Notes under the pieces: generated by a model
What the model saw: the letters and a program-made list of their open reading frames with translations, nothing else
Database searches by the model: none
What the model was told of the DNA's origin: nothing
In this document: piece by piece, positions 58,468 to 64,000 of the stretch
Position numbering within the stretch: position 1 is the stretch's first letter
Layout of the letters: every line of letters starts with the position of its first letter
DNA from: an uncultured bacterium
GTDB lineage: Bacteria; Krumholzibacteriota; Krumholzibacteriia; Krumholzibacteriales; Krumholzibacteriaceae
Length of the DNA: 64,000 nt
Assembly (NCBI GenBank): GCA_965371515.1
Contig: CBDUYR010000007.1
Coordinates: 1 to 64,000 of the forward strand
Reading direction: 5' to 3'
Program-made: the position numbers and the translations under genes

Positions 58468-59352
58468 ATGAAAAACGAAAAGACATACGGAGCCCTGACA
58501 CTCGGCGTAGTCTCGATATCCTTCGCTGCTGTGTTCATCAGGCTGGCGGCAGGCCCGTCAGCGTCGGTCGCAGCCCTGAGGCTCGTTTTCGCCACGTTGA
58601 TCCTGTTACCGTTCGTGATCTTCTCGCGCAAAACACGCAACGCCATCATAGCGCTCCGCCGCGGGGAGAAAGGACTGCTCGTCCTGGCAGGGCTCTTTCT
58701 TGCGCTGCATTTTCTCTCGTGGATAGCCTCGCTCTCGTTCACAGGTATCACGAGCAGTATAGTATTGGTGACCATGAGTCCGATCTTTATCGAGATATAT
58801 TCCGTTACGGTGCGGGGGGAGAGGACGTCGGCAAGAGTATGGATCGGTCTGGGCCTCGCAGTTGCGGGGAGTGTGATCCTCGGAGGGGGAAACATCGCCG
58901 CGGGAGGAGAGAACTGGAAGGGTGATCTGCTGGCTGTGGCGGGAGCTATAGCCGTGGCAGGCTATTTCATAGTGGGGAGCAGGCTGAGGCCGAAACTCCC
59001 CCTGCTCGCTTACATATTCCCCGTTTACGGAACAGCAGCACTGTTTCTAACGCTCGCTGCGCTTCTCCTGGGATCGGGCCTGGCGGCTCTTCCATCGACG
59101 ACTTATTTCTATTGCTTCATAATGGCGCTGGTCTGCCAGGTGACCGGCCATTCGATGTTCAACTGGGCGCTGCGAAGGATGAGGACGACGCTGGTAGCTA
59201 TGGCGACACTGGGAGAACCGATCGGAACGACGATGCTCGCATGGCTTATCCTCAGAGAAACGCCATTATCTACCGAGATCCTGGGAGGGGCCGTGATACT
59301 GGCTGGAGTGTTTGTCGTTCTGACGGGAGAATCGCTGCGCGTCAGAACGTGA
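58468..59352 (+). CDS. DMT/EamA-family transporter
   Basis: About 10 TM segments in two repeats; GDLLA, GHSMFNWAL, LGEP. Confidence 0.9.
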   Translation: MKNEKTYGALTLGVVSISFAAVFIRLAAGPSASVAALRLVFATLILLPFVIFSRKTRNAIIALRRGEKGLLVLAGLFLALHFLSWIASLSFTGITSSIVLVTMSPIFIEIYSVTVRGERTSARVWIGLGLAVAGSVILGGGNIAAGGENWKGDLLAVAGAIAVAGYFIVGSRLRPKLPLLAYIFPVYGTAALFLTLAALLLGSGLAALPSTTYFYCFIMALVCQVTGHSMFNWALRRMRTTLVAMATLGEPIGTTMLAWLILRETPLSTEILGGAVILAGVFVVLTGESLRVRT

Positions 59353-60478
59353 TGAGAAGTTCCCTTACCTCGTCGGTCAGGGCCTCGTCCCCCTGCCATT
59401 TCACCAGGAACAGCTCGAAGGATTCCTTGGCCTCTTCCCGGCGGCCAAGCCGCATGAGCGAGTGCCCCAGATAGTAGAAGGTCCTGGGGGGCGCATCATC
59501 TCTGGCACTGAGCTTCTCGAGTACGGACACCGCATCCTCGAAATTCATCTTGCGGATATGGATTATCGATATGCCGATATCGATCTCGGGATCGTCAGGT
59601 GTGAGGGCTCGGGCCCTGTTCCACGCCTCGAGAGATTCCTCCAGGTCGTCCAGCTCATAGTCCGTTCTGGCAAGTCCTGTCCACGCCTCGACGTTCGTGT
59701 CGTCTCTGTAGAGAGCCAGGCGGTAGTACTCCCGGGCGTCCTTGAAAACGTTCGTCTCGAACGAAGCTATACCGAGATGCAGAAAGAGGTCGGTACCAGA
59801 CTTGCCCGCGTCTTTCGCCATGAGAAGGGTCTGCATGGCGTCGGCGTACATGTGCCTCGCGTTCATCACCTTCCCGAGCAGGAGAAGATAATCGGGCTCC
59901 AAGCCGATCCATGACCTCGAAGAGATAAGCTGAGCGTAGGCGGCCTGGTAATTCTGCTGCATGTAATAGGCCTCGGCGAGCACGAGGTTTCCCCGCTTGT
60001 CGTAGGGAGAATAACGCAGTGCATCGGTAGTGTATTTCTCGGCCGTGCTGTAGAGGCCTTGCTCGAGAGCGATCGCGCCCAGTCCGGAGTAGGGAGGGTG
60101 GAAGTTCGACTTGAGGCTGATAGAATACCTGTAGGCCTTTTTTGCCTCGGAATATTTTCCCTGCATCTCGAACGAATACCCCAGTCCATACTGGAGTCTG
60201 TAATCGTCGCTCTTTATCCTGGCAGCCAAGAGGAAATGCTTCTCCGCCTCGGCGTATTCCTCACGCACGAGCAGGGCCATGCCGAGGTTGTACTGCGTGT
60301 CCGGATCGGAGGGATTCAATTCGGCGGATTTTCGCCACTGTACGATTGCTTCGTCAGTGTCGTCCCTGTTAGCGGCTTCTACACCCAGGTTGTAATATTT
60401 GAGGGCGGAATCTCCGCACGATACGGTAAGCATGAGCAGCATTCCCGCAACGACGATCGAAATCCTTCTCATCATCAT
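59342..60478 (-). CDS. TPR-repeat lipoprotein
   Basis: Lipobox LTVSC; tandem TPRs (YNLG..., LNPSDPDTQYNLG). Confidence 0.85.
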   Translation of the reverse strand: MMMRRISIVVAGMLLMLTVSCGDSALKYYNLGVEAANRDDTDEAIVQWRKSAELNPSDPDTQYNLGMALLVREEYAEAEKHFLLAARIKSDDYRLQYGLGYSFEMQGKYSEAKKAYRYSISLKSNFHPPYSGLGAIALEQGLYSTAEKYTTDALRYSPYDKRGNLVLAEAYYMQQNYQAAYAQLISSRSWIGLEPDYLLLLGKVMNARHMYADAMQTLLMAKDAGKSGTDLFLHLGIASFETNVFKDAREYYRLALYRDDTNVEAWTGLARTDYELDDLEESLEAWNRARALTPDDPEIDIGISIIHIRKMNFEDAVSVLEKLSARDDAPPRTFYYLGHSLMRLGRREEAKESFELFLVKWQGDEALTDEVRELLITF

Positions 60479-60637
60479 TCCTTTCGGCTTATACAGGTCG
60501 GATATAGGATAATATAGCGCCGATGTGCCTTAAACGCATCAAGAAACGTTGATCCAGGCTGAAAACAGGGTTCCGGGAGGTCTGAAACGAACAAAATGGT
60601 AGTGGAATTCCTGAATATACAACGAATTAAAATATAG

Positions 60638-60665
60638 TTGACTTTTTATTAATCTATAGTAGATT
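60638..60665 (+). promoter_or_regulatory. Candidate hdrCBA promoter with an overlapping AATCTA-N3-TAGATT palindrome
   Basis: TTGACT 60638-60643, 16 nt, TAGATT 60660-60665; palindrome at 60651-60665. Confidence 0.45.
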
Positions 60666-60743
60666 TTTTGATTGAGACCTTCTGTATTTTTTGTCTCTCA
60701 ATCGGTTCAGGAGCTTTGATAATCCTGCGAGGTTGGTAGTTAA

Positions 60744-61322
60744 ATGCTTAAAAGAGAAGTGGTTTACGAATCTGTACTGGATCACGACTTTCTCGATGAG
60801 ATCTATTCTCTTCCCGGTGGAAACGAAGTGAAGAAGTGCATCCAGTGCGGGACATGCAGTGGTTCATGCCCGCAGGGAGCCGTCATGGACTACGCTCCGA
60901 GGAAGATATTCTCCCTCATAAGGGCTGGATTCAGGGACGAGGTGCTTGAATCGAACACCATATGGTACTGCTCGTCGTGCTATACATGCGCGGTGAGATG
61001 TCCCAAGGAGATCAAGATCACCGACGTCATGTATGCCCTCAAGCGTATCGCCATCAAGGAAGGCAAGGCGAAGGAAGGCAGGAAGGCAACGGTGCTGTCG
61101 AAGAATTTCGTCCGTTTGGTGAACAAGTACGGGCGTAATCACGAAACAGAACTGATGACACGATACATCTTATTGGCAGAGCCTTTCAACGCGCTCAATT
61201 TCGTGCCGCAGGGATGGCGGCTCTTCTCGAACGGCAGACTGCCAATCATGCCGCACAAGATAAAGAACATCGAACAGTTGAGAAAGATCCTGAAAAAAAT
61301 CAACGAGCTCGGGGAGATATAG
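60744..61322 (+). CDS. hdrC: Heterodisulfide reductase subunit C
   Basis: CIQCGTCSGSCP and WYCSSCYTCAVRCP. Confidence 0.9.
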   Translation: MLKREVVYESVLDHDFLDEIYSLPGGNEVKKCIQCGTCSGSCPQGAVMDYAPRKIFSLIRAGFRDEVLESNTIWYCSSCYTCAVRCPKEIKITDVMYALKRIAIKEGKAKEGRKATVLSKNFVRLVNKYGRNHETELMTRYILLAEPFNALNFVPQGWRLFSNGRLPIMPHKIKNIEQLRKILKKINELGEI

Positions 61323-62231
61323 ATGAAGTACACGTATTATCCTGGATGCTCGGTGAAATCGACGGCCAATCTCTACCAGGAATCGATCGACGCGGTCGTA
61401 TCGGATATGGGAGTCGAGCTCGAGGAGCTCGACGACTGGAACTGCTGCGGAGCGACTGCCTACATGTCGGTCAGTGAACTGATGAGCTTCGCTATCTCGG
61501 CACGGAACCTTGCGATGGCCGAGAAATTCCACAGAGACGTCGTGACGCCTTGCAGCGCATGCTATCTAGTTCTGAACAAGACGAACAGGTATTTCAACGA
61601 TTATCCTGAGGTTAGAAAAAAGCTCGGAGTGGCGCTCGAGGCTGGAGGCCTCAGCTACAGCGGAAACATTAGTGTCCGGCACATCCTCGATGTGATAATC
61701 AACGATGTCGGACTCGAGAAAATTGCCGGACTGGTAAGCAAAAAACTCGAAGGCCTCAATGTCGCCCCGTACTACGGCTGCCAGATAGTAAGGCCGATGT
61801 ATTATGGATGCGGTGCAAGCGAGGAAAACGAGGAAGGTTTCGACGATCCAGACGATCCGGTCTGCATGGACAGGCTTATCGAGGCGACAGGCGCTACTTG
61901 CGTAAAGTACTCGATGAAGACGAAGTGCTGCGGGTCCTCCCTGATGGGCACCGAGGAGAAGCAGGCGCTCAAACTCTGCCGTGGTTTACTCGCCGACGCT
62001 GAGAATAACGGAGCCCATTGCATTGTCACGATATGTCCCCTCTGCCAGTTGAATCTCGATATTTTCCAGCCTAAGGTTAACAGCCTCTTCGGCACGAAGT
62101 TCAATATACCGGTAATCTACTTCACGCAGCTTATAGGGCTTGCGATGGGAAAACAGCCGAAAGAACTGGGGCTGGAAAGGCTTGCGGTGAAGATGACCGG
62201 GCCGATGAAACAGATACTACAGGGAGCGTGA
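61323..62231 (+). CDS. hdrB: Heterodisulfide reductase subunit B
   Basis: Two CCG domains: YYPGC...WNCCG...PCSAC and YYGC...KCCG...CPLC. Confidence 0.93.
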   Translation: MKYTYYPGCSVKSTANLYQESIDAVVSDMGVELEELDDWNCCGATAYMSVSELMSFAISARNLAMAEKFHRDVVTPCSACYLVLNKTNRYFNDYPEVRKKLGVALEAGGLSYSGNISVRHILDVIINDVGLEKIAGLVSKKLEGLNVAPYYGCQIVRPMYYGCGASEENEEGFDDPDDPVCMDRLIEATGATCVKYSMKTKCCGSSLMGTEEKQALKLCRGLLADAENNGAHCIVTICPLCQLNLDIFQPKVNSLFGTKFNIPVIYFTQLIGLAMGKQPKELGLERLAVKMTGPMKQILQGA

Positions 62232-62232
62232 T

Positions 62233-64000
62233 ATGTCTGAACGTATTGGTGTATACGTCTGCCACTGCGGCACGAACATTGCCGGCAAAGTAGACATCGA
62301 CGAGGTGGTCGAGTTCGCCAAAGGGCTCGATGACGTCACGCTCGTGAGAGAATACAAGTTCATGTGTTCCGATCCCGGACAGTCGCTCATCCAGAAAGAT
62401 ATCGAGGATGGCCTGATCAACAGGGTCGTTGTCGCGTCATGTTCTCCGCTGATGCACGAGAAGACGTTCAGGAACGTATGCACCCGCGGCGGCATGAACG
62501 AATACCTCTTTACAATGGCAAACATCCGCGAGCAGTGCTCGTGGGTGCACGTAGATGCCGACAAGACGACGGACAAGGCGAAGGACCTGATAGAAGCGGC
62601 CGTAAGAAGGACGAGGCTTCAGGAGCCCCTGACAAAGAGGGAAGTCCCGATCAACCCGAGGACTCTGGTGATCGGCGGCGGCATCGCAGGTATACAGGCG
62701 GCGCTCGACCTTGCAGACGCGGGCAAGAAGGTCGTTCTTGTCGAGAAGGAACCCTCGATCGGCGGCCACATGGCCAAGTTCGACAAGACCTTTCCGACGC
62801 TGGACTGCTCGGCATGTATCCTGACGCCCAGAATGGTATCGGTCGGCCAGCACGAGAACATCGAGCTGATGTCCTGGTCGGAGGTCGATGATATCGGCGG
62901 ATATGTCGGAAACTTCAACGTCACAGTACGAAAGAAGGCCAGGTATGTTGACGCCGATCTGTGCAACGGATGCGGCGCCTGCTGGGAGAAATGCCCGGGA
63001 ACGCGAGTGCCCCGCAAGGGCAACGTTCATGAGAAGCTATCGCTCGGGCCTACGACTTCTATATATATGCCGTTCATGCAGGCTGTGCCGGCGATACCGG
63101 TGATAGACGTCGAGACCTGCATACGTTTCAAGAACGGCAAATGCGGCATCTGCGCCGAGGTCTGCGAACGCAATGCGATAAAATACGACATGGAGGACGA
63201 GTTGGTCGAGTTCGAGGTGGGAAACATCATCCTGGCCACAGGCTTTCAGACCTTTGATCCGACCCCGGTGAAGAGATACGGATACGGGAAGCTCGACAAT
63301 GTCATGACAGCGATCGAGTTCGAGATAATGAACTGCGCGTCTGGTAGTACGGGCGGGAAGATCAGGATGGCCGACGGAAGCGAGCCCAAGTCGATCGGGA
63401 TCGTCCACTGCGTCGGAAGCCGCGACAAGCATTACAACGAGTACTGCTCGAGGGTCTGCTGCATGTACGCCCTGAAGTACTCGCATCTTATAAAGGAGAA
63501 AATCGAAGCAGAGGTATACGAGTTTTACATCGACCTTCGCTGCTTCGGCAAGGGATATGAGGAATTCTACGACAGGCTGCTCGGCGAGGACGTCCGGTTC
63601 GTTCGGGGCAAGGTCGCTGAGATAACAGAAGTGCCGATCGAGGAGGCCGAGAAGGGCAAGCTCGTTGTCGAGGTCGAGGATACGCTGGTCGGAACGCTAC
63701 GGAGGATCCCTCTCGATATGGTCGTCCTTTGCACAGGCCTCGAGGCGCACGAGAGCCTTCCCGATGTCGCGGGTCTCTGCAGCGTCAGCATAGGCAAGGA
63801 CGGCTTCGTCATCGAGAAGCACCCCAAGCTCGGTCCAGTAGCGACGGCGACAGACGGAGTCTTCATAGCCGGCGCGTGCCAGTCTCCGAAGGATATTCCC
63901 GATACTGTCGCACAGGCGTCTGCCGCTTCGAGCGCGGTCCTCTCGATGATCACGAGGGAGAAGATCGAGATCGAATCCGCCACCGCTGAAGTGGACGAGG
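62233..64000 (+). CDS. hdrA: Heterodisulfide reductase subunit A (3'-truncated by the window end)
   Basis: Not in the ORF track because it is open-ended. Translates as MSERIGVYVCHCGTNIAG...NIREQCSWVH...GGGIAG...FDKTFPTLDCSAC...CVGSRD...CSRVCCMYALK...SPKDIP. Confidence 0.93.
   Translation, partial: MSERIGVYVCHCGTNIAGKVDIDEVVEFAKGLDDVTLVREYKFMCSDPGQSLIQKDIEDGLINRVVVASCSPLMHEKTFRNVCTRGGMNEYLFTMANIREQCSWVHVDADKTTDKAKDLIEAAVRRTRLQEPLTKREVPINPRTLVIGGGIAGIQAALDLADAGKKVVLVEKEPSIGGHMAKFDKTFPTLDCSACILTPRMVSVGQHENIELMSWSEVDDIGGYVGNFNVTVRKKARYVDADLCNGCGACWEKCPGTRVPRKGNVHEKLSLGPTTSIYMPFMQAVPAIPVIDVETCIRFKNGKCGICAEVCERNAIKYDMEDELVEFEVGNIILATGFQTFDPTPVKRYGYGKLDNVMTAIEFEIMNCASGSTGGKIRMADGSEPKSIGIVHCVGSRDKHYNEYCSRVCCMYALKYSHLIKEKIEAEVYEFYIDLRCFGKGYEEFYDRLLGEDVRFVRGKVAEITEVPIEEAEKGKLVVEVEDTLVGTLRRIPLDMVVLCTGLEAHESLPDVAGLCSVSIGKDGFVIEKHPKLGPVATATDGVFIAGACQSPKDIPDTVAQASAASSAVLSMITREKIEIESATAEVDE

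Noticed and set aside
634..64000. Selenocysteine read-through in the MvhD/HdrA genes
   Set aside because: These frames are open, with Cys codons at the motif positions; I saw no in-frame TGA splitting a conserved domain.
1..64000. CRISPR array, IS elements, riboswitches or tandem DNA repeats
   Set aside because: Intergenic regions are short (under 300 bp) and show no regularly spaced repeats or recognisable riboswitch cores; a covariance-model scan would be needed to exclude small RNAs.

Overview
A gene-dense, GC-rich 64-kb bacterial chromosomal segment with about 53 CDS and one tRNA-Glu(TTC). I found no CRISPR array, transposase, integrase or phage gene. The content fits an anaerobic, diderm, peptide/amino-acid-degrading bacterium. 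The FlgD-Ig C-terminal domain, the C-terminal 'S-W-x-x-I-K-x-I' tails, a GWxTD-type protein and a TPR Ser/Thr kinase suggest the FCB-associated candidate phyla such as Krumholzibacteriota or Latescibacterota (inference, not searched). Main blocks: (1) 59-7587, a tightly coupled operon of TusA, ArsR, atypical MvhD, an HdrA::GltD chimera, a second HdrA, a small wHTH, a QmoC-like membrane subunit and DsrE, i.e. a Qmo/Hdr-like redox complex bracketed by sulfur carriers with no apr/sat/dsr in the window; (2) acyl-CoA dehydrogenase and acetoacetate-CoA ligase; (3) a Ser/Thr kinase plus GAF-PP2C pair divergent from an intact but apparently catalytically dead DnaE paralog that ends exactly at a beta-clamp motif; (4) tRNA-Glu, then a decarboxylase, a radical SAM enzyme, secreted peptidases and outer-membrane proteins; (5) tdh-kbl-hppA; (6) ychF-archease-rtcB; (7) secreted and unknown proteins, including tandem paralogs with a shared C-terminal tail; (8) a second, canonical hdrCBA operon running off the right end. 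The best candidates for undescribed systems are the pseudo-polymerase DnaE and the sulfur-carrier-flanked Qmo-like operon. All family calls come from motif recognition by eye; no searches were run.
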